A stretch of DNA of 64,000 bases from Diadema antillarum (Eukaryota): NCBI RefSeq assembly GCF_040938485.1, contig NW_027270902.1, positions 682,001 to 746,000 of the forward strand, written 5' to 3'. A program made the position numbers and the translations under genes. Below the pieces are notes generated by a model that was given only the letters and a program-made list of their open reading frames with translations, was not told the origin of the DNA and made no database searches. Shown here piece after piece: positions 48,801 through 60,718 of the stretch. Numbering within the stretch: the stretch's first letter is position 1; each line of letters opens with the position of its first letter.

Positions 48801-51800
48801 CTTGTAAGTTCACTCAGTAGACATACTTTGTACTTGTCACACACTAAAAAAAAAAATCATGACATGAACAAAACCAGTGTCCTTATTTGTCAATTCTGAT
48901 GACTAACAGTTCTGATGTTGCTAAGAAGCAAGAAAATGCTTGAAATGACATAGCAGCCTTGCGCGGAAAGAGTACAAAACTTAAGTTGAAAGCCGACAAA
49001 TGAGCAAAGTCTGCAACAATCTCATCCACCAGTAATCCATTACGGCCTTCATTGAAGTTGCCGCTCAGAAAGTGCACCTACTCGTACAATCTTCCTGTAG
49101 GGCTGTACTTTGATTCACGTATTTATTTGATCACCTGCATCCAGTTAAATACAAACTTTGAAAGTTCTACATGTGTATACTGAAAAACTATGGCCAGTTG
49201 CCTCTGGTGTAATTAATTTAGAAGATTGAAAATGTGACTTCAGATGGATTCAACCATACAAAGGCATTTCAGGACTCCATTTTAATTGTTGGCTAAATAC
49301 TGAGGGTGAAATTTGGTCATTTCCTCTGTTGGTACACGTTGTACTTCCTCATCTGTCAAGAAAAACGAACAAATGGATACACACAAACTACACATAAAGT
49401 GTGCTACTATCCAAATTGTGTTCTCCTTCACAAACTATTATTTTATGTCTTCACACATTTTTTTGGACAATGTTGATTATCTGCCTGACCCCACTCATCA
49501 CAAATTGGGAGGTACATATATGTATTTGCAAAAGAACTGCTAAGTTTGTGGAGAAAGCATTTTCTGGTACATCGATGTTTACACAATTGCATACAAGTGT
49601 AAATCACAAGCAGATTATTATTGCAGGGCTGGAACTAAAAATAATTGAAGGAAATAACGCATGTGTGTTGTCACCACTGCTCATGAAAGCAAGGTGAATA
49701 TTATTAGGATAAGGATTGACTTGCAAACGTGACAATATCGAAGCCACTGTATATGAATAACACAAAGGACTGACACCAGATCTGTGATAGTTCCTGCCCA
49801 TAAAAATGTGCACCTCTGCTTGCAGAAGAGTGATAGACATGGTAGCTGTGCTGAATGAACCCCATGTCATAGCTTTTACCAAAATAGCAACTCTGGTACT
49901 AAAAGCTGTTAAAGAGTGAGCAATCACATGACACATCTGTGTTGCCAACAACAGTGTACTAGTATCACTCACAAGTACATTGTCAAACAAAGCTTTTGCT
50001 TTTTATTTTCCTTAAAAAGTCTTACTTTATGTTCATGCTAAGGATCATTACTAATGACCATCATTGGATCCTTGGATAAATAGACATCTACACTGAAAAA
50101 TGGAGTGAAATTGACCTTTGATGTCATAAAAGAGATGTCAGACGATAACATCATAAACAATCACATAGTCATTTATTACTACAGTGGGTAATTTCAATTG
50201 CTGCTAAATGTTGGTTTAAGTGCTAACTCAACACTAGCACAGGCAATAATCCCAAAACTTGAAATCAGTCGTTGTTAGCAGGTTGGCCTCAAAAGTATGA
50301 CGTAGTTGCAGTAGCTGGCGTTGGGCCCAGTGTTGGATTTTGTCTGCTGAACCGAGTTCCACTAGCCTTGTCAGCGATTTACATGCTTTTTACATGCTCA
50401 TACCCAGAAAATTTCAACTTACTATAAGTTTGCTAATCTTTTATCTAACAATAGTCACTTCTGTCTATATTGGTAGTTATCTGTTGAGTAGGAAACACAT
50501 AAATGAGATGTACCCTCATTCAAACTGAACTTTTTATGACCTATTCCATCATACTACAGCATGGTTGGTACAAGGACAATATCCTAGGAATAAAGAAACA
50601 CATGAAGCACTACCAGCATATATTTCAGGGTTAGAGAACCTTAAAAATCTTCCTACTTTGAACGTAGGCTAAACTAAATACAGTCGACCATGCTTTGAAT
50701 AGCCAAATAATTGCCTAACTCGAAGGTCTTTTCATGTCCTCTCCTCTCTATATTCTCTCAATTTTAATCCCTCATAAGTATAATTTTCTCTACCTCATAA
50801 GTATAATTTTCTCTAAGTCAAAGCCATTTATTCAGTCCATGTAGATTCGACATATAATGTAGGCAAGGCTGACTGTACAATGTATGTGACCCTCCACCAC
50901 AAAACCAACAAAAAGTCTCCAGACTTGGGGAGCAGACTTTAAGCTTTAAAATAATGTATGACTAAATTCAAGTGGACTCTCCTGACAAGTCTAAATATCA
51001 GAAAGAAAGCACACACTCTGGAAAATTGAATGTTTAGAAAAGATGCTCTTATGTATAGGGTCTATTCAAGCACTTAAGCATTCCAAGCCGTGCTCTGTAC
51101 ATTGAATGGGAAAAAAAAAAGTATGTAAAACTCCATAGCAACAGTAATGAAAGGATTAACAGATTAGGCTGAATTTCAGCATGCTCTATTGACACATTCT
51201 ACCTATGACTAATGACAACTTTCAAAGCAGTAGCATCATCCTTTCAAAAGTTATTAGAGTTGAAAGTGAAGAGTGTGTAAAGGGTTTAGATTTGAAATGA
51301 AAGTGTTCGAGAAAAATTGCTAAAAACACAATTTCCCATTTGTTTTATGATCCCAGAAGAATTGCTCTTTAAGAAAACATGAAAAACTCAAGATTGACCC
51401 GTTTCACCTATTATGAGTCCTCACATAAAATCAGGGAGTGCGACTTTTTGTCGGTTTTGTGATGCAGGGTCACATATTGACCGATTCTGTGACGCGCTAT
51501 GTGTATTTTTGGCATGGGCAGCGCCATTACGCGGTGTCTCAGCCGACCCCCTCCTTCCCACTCCCCACCCCTCTCCCTACATTAGCACGCGTGCAGAATG
51601 AAAAACTGATGCATGGTTGCTTTAGCCAATGGGTGTCTCGTACTGAGCGCGCGAATGCTTGCTTAGTGCGCGTATGTACCTTTGTTACAAGTGCGCGATA
51701 AACATGTTGCCCGGGGGGTGGGGGAGAGCAGGGGGGGGGTCGGCTGAGACACCGCAATTTGAGCTCATGGCTGCGCCCAGTGCCATAAAATGTCTGCTGC

Positions 51801-53938
51801 CCTCAACGAACCCGAATCGGTCAATAAACCTTGAGTAAAAGCCATGCCTCAACGCAAACCCTATGACTCAGAATTACTTTGTTTATTAACCTGTACTAGG
51901 AAAACCCTAACCCAGATCTCCCAACCTTTCTGACTGAAAAACATGGAAGATTTGGCTCAAAAGAAGGAAAGAAAGAGCAGTTCCCATAGGAGTGTATAGT
52001 AAAATTATCAACAAAAAAAAATAGGAAACAAGGGCTGGGAATGGTCAAAATTCAGATTCTTTCCTCCAAATCCAAAATGGTTGGGAGGTCAACCCAAATC
52101 TCAACGCTTGACCCTTTCCATTTACCTTGGACTCAAGATCACTAATTTTCATCATGAAATATTTGCTGTAGATGGATATTTATTGTTTCTTTTTTTTTGT
52201 TACTTTTGAAAATTCAATGGGGAGTACAACATTATAAACACACCTTTGTCAGGACATGATTTACATCTTTCATGACATTGATGCATGCACTATAACACAT
52301 AAAATGTATGCACGTGCATACACGATTAACCAAGGATACATTGCTACACTAGTACAGTCCAACATGTATCAAGGCCCCATGATTGAAGTGTTGCGATTGA
52401 TCTCAAATCTACAATCATGTATATGAAAAAAACAGTTACAGTAGAATGGAGTGAAAACCACTGTCAGAAAATTAAGTTGTCTAAAACGTAAGAAATATAG
52501 CATTATTTTCTTTATGAATGATGGAGGTGCGTGATGCACACATGTTGATGTGGCTGTATCCAGCTTCTCCACTCAGAGTCAAGCTGTATGGATACACTAT
52601 GTACAGTCACATTACGTCACAGTAAACATTACGTCACAGTGGCAATGTGTGGCGTGGCTCTCTCACTGAGAGAGCCACACACATTGCCACTGTGATGTAT
52701 GTAACAATAGCTCATCAGTGTTACAGCACAGAAATTAGTATACAACTTCACAAGCATGTGGTTGTTAAAAAAAAAGAAAAAAAAATGAATTATACACCGC
52801 ATGCCAGTGCCAAAAAGCAACGTCCCAAGGCAAGGAAGGGAAGGCAGGTAGGCAGACTAGACTACCAGTACATAAAGTTGGCGCAAATTTACTTTCGTAT
52901 CCATGTAAAAATCTCAAATCCCCGAGACCCAAATTCCACCAAAATTACAGAATATACCAGGGTAAACTTTACTAAGGATTACTAAATAGCTTATTTGCAA
53001 TAAATACATGAATTTGAACCAAATCAGTTGTGAGAGAGTGCCAATGACATCGACTTTCAAGTCGTCGCTCAAAACCAAAAATCACCCTTTGTGAGAGATT
53101 GCGGCGCGTGCACTGCCTGCACTATCCTGCAGTCTCGCTGCACAATCTACTTTAGAACTGGAGTCAGGAGCTGAAAATCAAAGTACAGTTCTTCAATGTC
53201 ATCGTATCAGTGCCAAGTGCAAATGACGTCCTGAAAGTCATGGCAAGGCAAAGAAGGCCTAACGTTAGCCAACAAGGGAAGTAAATTTCAGTGCAAGGCC
53301 AAGCCAAGGCCAAGCAAGTTCAATTGAATAACGGTAAAACTAAGGGAAGGCAGCGGCGCACAGCGCAGCCGCAGCGCAGGCAGATTCTTTTAATTTACAT
53401 AGACCAGTTCTAATTTAAGAGTTAATCTATAAAAGTTAAATTGAAAACTAACTTTACATCGTCCTGTTCAACTACAGACACAGTACATGTATCTTCACAT
53501 GTTGTGTAATTTTATATTTTAAGTAAACTTTTGGAAAAAATACTGCATTGATGATGAACGAACGAACCGCCCATACTCCACCATCGGTGGCCATCCATGC
53601 ACTTTATACTTAGAACCTCTAGAGGTCCTTTTACTACAGTAATAACAGCCTTATGGATAGGCCTACGGATAGCTAGCTTATTTTGTATAACAACATATTT
53701 TTACACATATGGGACTTACCTGCCGCGTAAACCACGTCCGGTAGTAGAGCCAACAATACGTGAAATTAAGAAGAGCAAACAGGATCAGACATATGAAGGG
53801 ATGATCGGAAAGAACTTTGAAAATGGAACTACTACTTGGGTAGGATATCAAGAGATAGTACAGTACCGAAATACAGTTTCCTTGCAGAAACCATCGAAGG
53901 CTGAAAGTAGCCTCGAACGGTACTCTCAGCGCAGCCAT
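45828..53938 (-). CDS. ICMT: Protein-S-isoprenylcysteine O-methyltransferase, 4 exons, 290 aa
   Basis: Exons: 53720-53938, 47939-48197, 46424-46641, 45828-46004. Total 873 nt. Contains SFFHFSEF, SLSLDSYLLNHS, GEFMRKLAMLTAGRSFNH, LVTHGVYSWSRHPSYVGWFYWSLGTQ, EDEEITLVAFFG and TGLPFIKG. Exon 1 (MAALRVPFEATFSL...LYYRTWFTRQ) aligns by eye to the ICMT N-terminus and has the correct phase 0. Confidence 0.96.
46769..46969. mobile_element. TA-flanked MITE (TACTGTA family) in an ICMT intron
   Basis: Termini TACTGTATAAGCTGTTATTTTC...GAAAATAACAGCGTATACAGTA. Confidence 0.8.
50885..51474 (+). mobile_element. Same TGTGAC family, shorter diverged copy 3
   Basis: Same termini and internal blocks as 23981-24671. 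Confidence 0.8.
51530..51756. mobile_element. Short MITE with GC-rich TIRs
   Basis: GCGGTGTCTCAGCCGACCCCC...GGGGGTCGGCTGAGACACCGC. Confidence 0.7.
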
Positions 53939-54918
53939 TTTTACTATCAACACGTATACTGTACATGTAATGCAAAAACCTTCATTTTCGCGGACATCTA
54001 ATTTAGCGCTTCACATTGAACTGCTAACTTAACAATACGCGAAAATATTGCACACTGACAGGCATTAATGCACCCACAATAGCATAGCGTCGAATTAAAA
54101 AAAAAAAAAAAATGAACATCTCACTAAAATATCTATACGCGAAATGAAGGTAGAGAGTCGATTCTGTCTGTGGTCGGTCTGTACACTGTACTTCATAAAC
54201 GCGAAGCGAGAGTGCCAGCAGCCGCCGCCCCTCTTTACTTGAGGTACTACGTATTTGTTAGGTTATAGTACTCGTTTGGAATAATGAAATTCGACCCAAG
54301 AATTGACACCTCTAGGCCCTAAAGCTTCTCTGAATTTTGGAATGACAACACCATAGAAATAATTATAATCATATCTCGTTGCCACTTTATACTACGTTTT
54401 GCAACGCTTTCCACTGTTGTAATAATACTCAGAGAGTAGTACAATAGTATACAACCTTTAAATTATTTACTTAATCATTTATTAATATATTTATTCTGTG
54501 TTCTTTATACAGGGTAGACTCTTCCACTTGCTTCAGTAGACCTACATAAAACACCTTTACAAGAGACAGTTTACAATCTAAAACAAATTTAGAACACAGT
54601 AGGCCTATAGGTTCCCACTGTCAGAGGGGCATGATACCACATATCGGGACCGAGTCATTGATTCCATTACCACCCCCCCCCCCACTCCCCGTGAGTCGTA
54701 GGCCTATACTTCCAGTCCTCTCTTATAAGTTTTATACGAAAATAGAATAGAGAAGTCTATACAAACAGGCATGTGGTTATTAACTTCATCTGTTTTCTAT
54801 AGCTCCAGATAATGTGTAGGCCCTACCAAGAGACAAGGACCTTTTGCATCAACGGTGCTAAAATTAACGCAAGTAGGCTGCATGGGGAACGCGTTCAGTC
54901 ATGTTCAAGATTAGTGGA

Positions 54919-54922
<4 letters not shown>

Positions 54923-54983
<61 letters not shown>
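54923..54983. repeat. (TA)n microsatellite
   Basis: Directly visible. Further (CA)n at about 55700-55742 and (TA)n at about 55862-55898. Confidence 0.95.
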
Positions 54984-54985
<2 letters not shown>

Positions 54986-55696
54986 AGAATTTGGCGAATT
55001 TAAGAAATCTGTGGAATATGTATTTTCTCTCACACACAATGTATACCAATTGCTTTATACATGTACATTTGCAACTTTAGATTAGATGCTTTATACAGTC
55101 TCCCATCAACCTGTAAGCGAACTCTCACGAGATACCCGGCTGAATTTCCAAAATTTTTAACAGAGAATAAGTACATGATAAACGGATTGTCGTATAGGCC
55201 CTTTGTTTATCTATTTGTGTTGTTCGTTTGTTTGTCTTTGCCTTTACTTAGGCTAGACCATTTTGGTATGGAATTAAAATGCAGCTGAACAAGGTCTATA
55301 TCAAGTGTCAGCTTGATTATGAACATCGCTTGTCGGGTACAACGGTATTGCTGCAACAACAAAGTCTAACTCATATGCAAATCGAATAGATCCCCCAGTG
55401 ATTGTAATGATGAGAGTTAAGGTAGGAATGCGATATTTAAAATTGTTTCATTATCTGAGATGACTGGAGATCCCATATCCATCTGAAATACAAAGTACAC
55501 TAGTAGGCCAGGGAGCTATTGGTGCCTACATCCATATTACACAGACATAATGCACTGCATGGTCTTTCATGGTGTCCAACTGGATGTGATACATATTGCT
55601 CAACGGGCGATTCGTTTCAGTTCATTTCATTTTCATTTCTCAAAATTAATGGTCTACATCAAAATAACAAATACTCTATACCACAATAAAACAACC

Positions 55697-55753
<57 letters not shown>

Positions 55754-55857
55754 ATTTCGGTCTGAAGTTACATATATTTTCGGTCTGAGGCTGACCGAAA
55801 ATTTTGTAATAAAAACTTTTGTAATTGTTGGATCCATGGCGTACTTGAGACTCTTTC

Positions 55858-55902
<45 letters not shown>

Positions 55903-57068
55903 TTATTTATTTATGTACATGTGTATGCTAAGATAAATATTATGTAGATATGTAACAGTGGTGAATGGGGGGGGGGGGGGGAGGGGAGGGGGCACCGGGC
56001 GCGTGCCCTCCTTTTTTTTTGTAATAAAAGAGATAAAAAGAAATAAAATGAAAGAAGGCGCGTACTGTCAGCCGATGAAATCCGGAAGTGGCACTATAGA
56101 AACGAAAAAAATGCAACGGGAACCACTTGTGTTTATGTTTTGTTTTGCTTTGTTTTTATGCTTGCTTGTCAGCTCTTTCTACAGTTGTATCTTCTGCTAA
56201 AGATATGATCATTTCTACATCCCCCTTAACATTTAACGTTCTCCCGTCCAATTTAAGTTTGTCAGAAAAATTTGCTCTCAGCCAGTCAGCCATGCAAGGA
56301 ATTCGTAGCTTACAACAGTGCAAAATATTTGATAAAACGCTTCCCATGAAATGCCCCTCATACAGAATCGCCAATTTGTTATAAACGGGTTCGCGCAAGT
56401 GGGAAATAAGGATGCTTGGCAGCGCCGAGTGTCTGCATTTCGACTGTGCGTAATTATCTCTGATTGTGCACTGGACTGCGCAAGCTATAACTCGTCTTTC
56501 AATCCACGAGTGGATGCAGACTCAACTTTCCGATCAATCTAAACTAAGGAAGTTCAGGTTCAGGTTCAATGACATGTATTTACAGCAAATATAGCCCATA
56601 GGCCTATAACTTATGAGTAGTGCCTACAAGTAACATGCGATCAATTTGAAAATACTGGGGGCACATCTCTAAAAGTAAAAGAAAGCAAACTAAACTATAA
56701 AAGAAATTAAAAACTTGACCAAAAAAACCCCCAAACTTATCAATGATAGAAGGAACTGCACCATGTCACATGCCATACACTTTTGACTAATCAGTGATAA
56801 GAACTATTAATTATGAGGTATATGATATACAAATAATATACCTTGCCTTCAGAGTTTTTGGTTAAAACTATGGGCAGAGGCATCGAGGCCTATAATTCTA
56901 ACAAGAAACTCGAAATGAGGCAAAGACTATTTGTTTAATATTTTGGTCAAAAATTTTTTTTTTAAAAATGGGAAAATGGGAAAAAAAATTAAATGCGAGG
57001 CGATAGTCCTGCCGGGTGGGTGCGCTGTTGTGAAGGGACCCTACAATGACCCTAAGAAGCAACGCACG

Positions 57069-57785
57069 ATGTCAGAACCGCTTTGTTTGGCTAAAAAACA
57101 AACAAACAAACAAATGTTACATTTCACAGAACGAAGTGATGTGAAATGTCAGAATTCCTTTATGACGTCACAATTGTATTGTTAAAATTGATACATGTCA
57201 CGGAGTGACGGTATAGGCAGTGCGCGATGTCAGAATTGCTTTGTGATGTCACAATTGTGTTGTTAAAAATGTTACATTTTACAGAGTGACAACGTACAAA
57301 GTTGCACACAATTTCAGAATTGCTTTTTGACATCATTTTGCAAATAGTATTTCATGGAGTGTCAAACATGCCAACAGTCTGACAAAGCTGGAAATTCCTA
57401 TAATCACGTGAAGCTTTTTTTCTGCCAGTGCGCAGCAGCTTTGTACACCGGTCATTCCGTGAAGTTTTTTTTTTTTTTTTTCAACAAACAATTGTGACAT
57501 CACAAAGCAATTCTGACATTGCGCACTGCGCCGTACTGTCATTCTGCGTAATGTAACGATTTCGAACTGAACAATTGTGACGCCACAAAGGAAATGTGAC
57601 ATTGCGCACTGCTCTTACCGTCACTTTATGAAATGTATCAATCAATAATCATTTCTAACAAAATAATTGTGACGTCTAAAAAGCAATTCTGGCATCGCGC
57701 ATTGTTTCGCACCGTCGCTCTTGTAAAATGTATTTTGTTTATTTTTTGACAAACATCACAAAGCAGTTCGATCTGACATCGTGTG
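57069..57785. repeat. Inverted array of degenerate 85-90-bp units
   Basis: The unit GATGTCAGAATTGCTTTGTGATGTCACAATTGT occurs about 3 times forward (57069-57330) and 3-4 times reverse (57490-57785). Confidence 0.75.
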
Positions 57786-58179
57786 ATGCGACATGCTTCT
57801 ATAGTCAATGTAGGATATATCCCTTCACAACATCGCATCCACCATACTTCTCGCTTTGCGTTTCCCCCATTTCCCATAAAACAAATATAATTTGCCTAAT
57901 TTCGAATTTCTTGTAAAAACTATTGAAAGCCTCGGTGCCTCCAAAAGAACTATTCACTTCGGGCTGCGCCTCTCCCAGTGAATAGCTCTTTTGGAGTCAC
58001 CTCTGCCCATAGTTTTAACAAGAAACTCTCAAGGCAATATATATTTGTACTGTATTTGTATAATATTCGGAAGTGAGTTGATATGAGTGTAGGGATATAT
58101 AATTAATCCTTTAGTGAGAGAGAGAGAGAGGGATACAGAAGGAGAGAGAGCAGATACTGTGCAGAATTAGAATTTGACA

Positions 58180-58517
58180 GAACATCATGCGTCATGCGCA
58201 GCGACCTTGTTTTGCCCTTGATCGCCCCTCCCCCAGCGAGCCCCGCATTCGAGCCGTAAATTACGCGTAGATCCCACACGCGCGAAGTATGTTTACGATT
58301 GCCTTCGAATAACCACTGAGCACGCAAGAAGAGACAGCGAGAACGGCGTGAGTACAGCACAGGCTTTACCTTCTTTTATATGCCATGCCAGTCACCGAAG
58401 TACATTCCTCTCAGCAATCAGGTTTAAAAGTCCATGGTCAGAAAATCTGGATCTATAGTTTTTAGAGTAAATGCCCTTCATTCTGCCGCCACTTAGTGCG
58501 CTACACTCGCTGCAAAG
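58180..58517 (+). promoter_or_regulatory. GCH1 proximal promoter and 5' leader, with a possible short UTR intron
   Basis: CRE-like TGCGTCA at 58188-58194, GC-rich box at about 58225-58245, donor-like gtgagt at 58348, and AG directly before the ATG at 58518. Confidence 0.35.
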
Positions 58518-58974
58518 ATGTCGTCTTCCAATCAAACCACAACGTCCAGTGCAGCCCGTATGAATGAAGATACCAGCGGCGGCAGTAGCGGCGTAGCGCT
58601 ACCGAACGGACTGCCTCCAGACGAGGCGGCCGATCTCCAGCTGCTTGCGAGCACTCGGAACTTGTCCATCAAAGACAGTGGTGCCGTGCATTTACCAAAA
58701 GGGAAGCCGTCAGCTATGAACGGGACGATTGAAGAGAAAAAGGACGATGCAAGTCGAAAAGATGGACGCGAAATGTCAAAATATTCCCAACAACCACTTG
58801 CCAGTTTGTATCGCCAGGATTCCGACCTACAGCTACCGGCCCTGGAGCGCGCGTACAATTCGATCATACGCGGCGTCGGAGAAGATCCGGCGAGACAAGG
58901 TCTGATGAAGACGCCGCAGAGAGCAGCTAAAGCCATGATGTATTTCACAAAGGGATATGAAGAGAAAATTGAAG
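58518..58974 (+). CDS. GCH1: GTP cyclohydrolase 1, first coding exon only (gene continues beyond window)
   Basis: ORF contains [42 protein letters not shown], the start of the GCH1 core. Phase-1 donor GAAG|gtaggg at 58974/58975. The next expected exon (VLNDAIFDE...) was not found in the rest of the window. Confidence 0.93.
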
Positions 58975-60149
58975 GTAGGGCCCTATTCATTCTATGCATT
59001 TTCACTTTTCCATTTATTTCTTCGGCTTGAAAATTCTTTTCATATTTATTTGAATGACATGTAAAGTTCATGCAAAACAAATAGGCCAATTTGTAATTCC
59101 TGCTTGGCGCACATGAGCAAAACAAAAAGTCATTTTTGTGATATTATTAGGCATGTTGATTATAAATTTACTGAGATAAGCATCTGTGATATAATGATAA
59201 TTCATCTGGATCTGGATGTGTACAGTGCAGGACTGTTGTGGTATAGTGCACCGGAGAGAGAGAGGGCTGATGAAGATTACTGGTACCAACTACTGAAGAA
59301 ATTGGTCCCCGACCGCAGCCTTGAAGATTGCTTACTGTTCGGGAAGTTGGTATGGTGTCTGGAAGATGATTTCAGTCCACCGTTGTCTTAACAAAAAAAG
59401 AGTTCTTATAATGATCTGTATTTGAACTTTCAACAACAAAACACTTACTATGATTTGTGACTTGCCTTTCTACTAGGTTGTCTGCATGCCTCAAACCCAG
59501 TAAATTTCTTTGCTTTGATTTGTCTTTTTGGTCGTATATAGGTCTTATGTAGTCCTTATATTAAAAGATGCTTGTCAGCTCATCTACTCTACTCTAGTAC
59601 TCAGCTGATCTGAGCAGCAACAAAAATGTCCATTACACAGCATAGGTTTTAGTTACCAGATATTTGGTAATCATATGATTTACAAAAAAAATGTGAATGC
59701 ACTCAATGCAAAACAATATACAGTATAGATGTTATATGTTATCCCATTCATATAGATGGGTTATGTTCTGTGGAGACTGCATCCGTCTCTGGAGGAGAGC
59801 GATAACGTCAAAAAAAAAATAAAAGACTCCTCCGGACAGACAGATCTTTTTGTCTAGGAAAACAAGTGATGTGTGTAAACTGATTGAAAGAAAGGTCATT
59901 TGGGAAATGAACACATGAGCTTGAAATAAAAGGAATGAGGCTACCACTACTGTAAATGCTAAGTGCTGCATATGATAGATTTACACATGTACAAATTAAA
60001 CAATCTTACTGCTAAAATTTTGCATTAGGTATTGCAATTTCCCAGAGAAGTTTAACACATTTGTTTCTGTCCTTCCAGTTTTTCTACTCCTACAATGTAC
60101 GTGTAACTACTGGAGTATATAGGACCTACACCTAAATTGTGATAGTTAA

Positions 60150-60718
60150 AGGACAAGTTCACCTTCATAAACATAAGGATTGAGCGATTGTAGCAATATT
60201 AGTAGAACACATCATTGAAAGTTTGAGGAAAATCGGACAGTCCGTTCAAAAGTTATGAATTTTTGAAGTTTTTGTGCAGTAACCGCTGGATGAGAAGACT
60301 ACTGCAGTGTATGAATAACTCAGATGTCACATGCGTACAACAATATAAGGAAAATATAAAGAGAATTTCACAAAATTTCATCTTTTGAAAAAAAGTACAC
60401 ATTCCCTTGACTCGTTACCGACATATGTTATGGGTAATATTATTCCCCCTGCCTTTAGAAAGAGACAAGTCAAGTGGTCTTTTATTATGCGAAAAAAGTG
60501 AAAATATGTTGAATTTTCTTTACATTTTCTTTATACTGTTGTACGCATATGACTCACAAGCTGCAGTAGTCTCCTCATCCAGCGGTTCCAACACAAAAAT
60601 TTTAAAAATTCATAACTTTTGCATCGATTGTCCAATTTTCCTCAAACTTTCACTGATGTGTTCTACTTATATTGCTGCATTTTCTCAATCCTTATGTTTA
60701 TGAAGGTGAACCTGTCCT
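60150..60718. mobile_element. TTAA-flanked Kolobok-like non-autonomous element in GCH1 intron 1
   Basis: TIR of about 35 bp (AGGACAAGTTCACCTTCATAAACATAAGGATTGAG). TTAA at 60146-60149 and 60719-60722. Confidence 0.85.
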
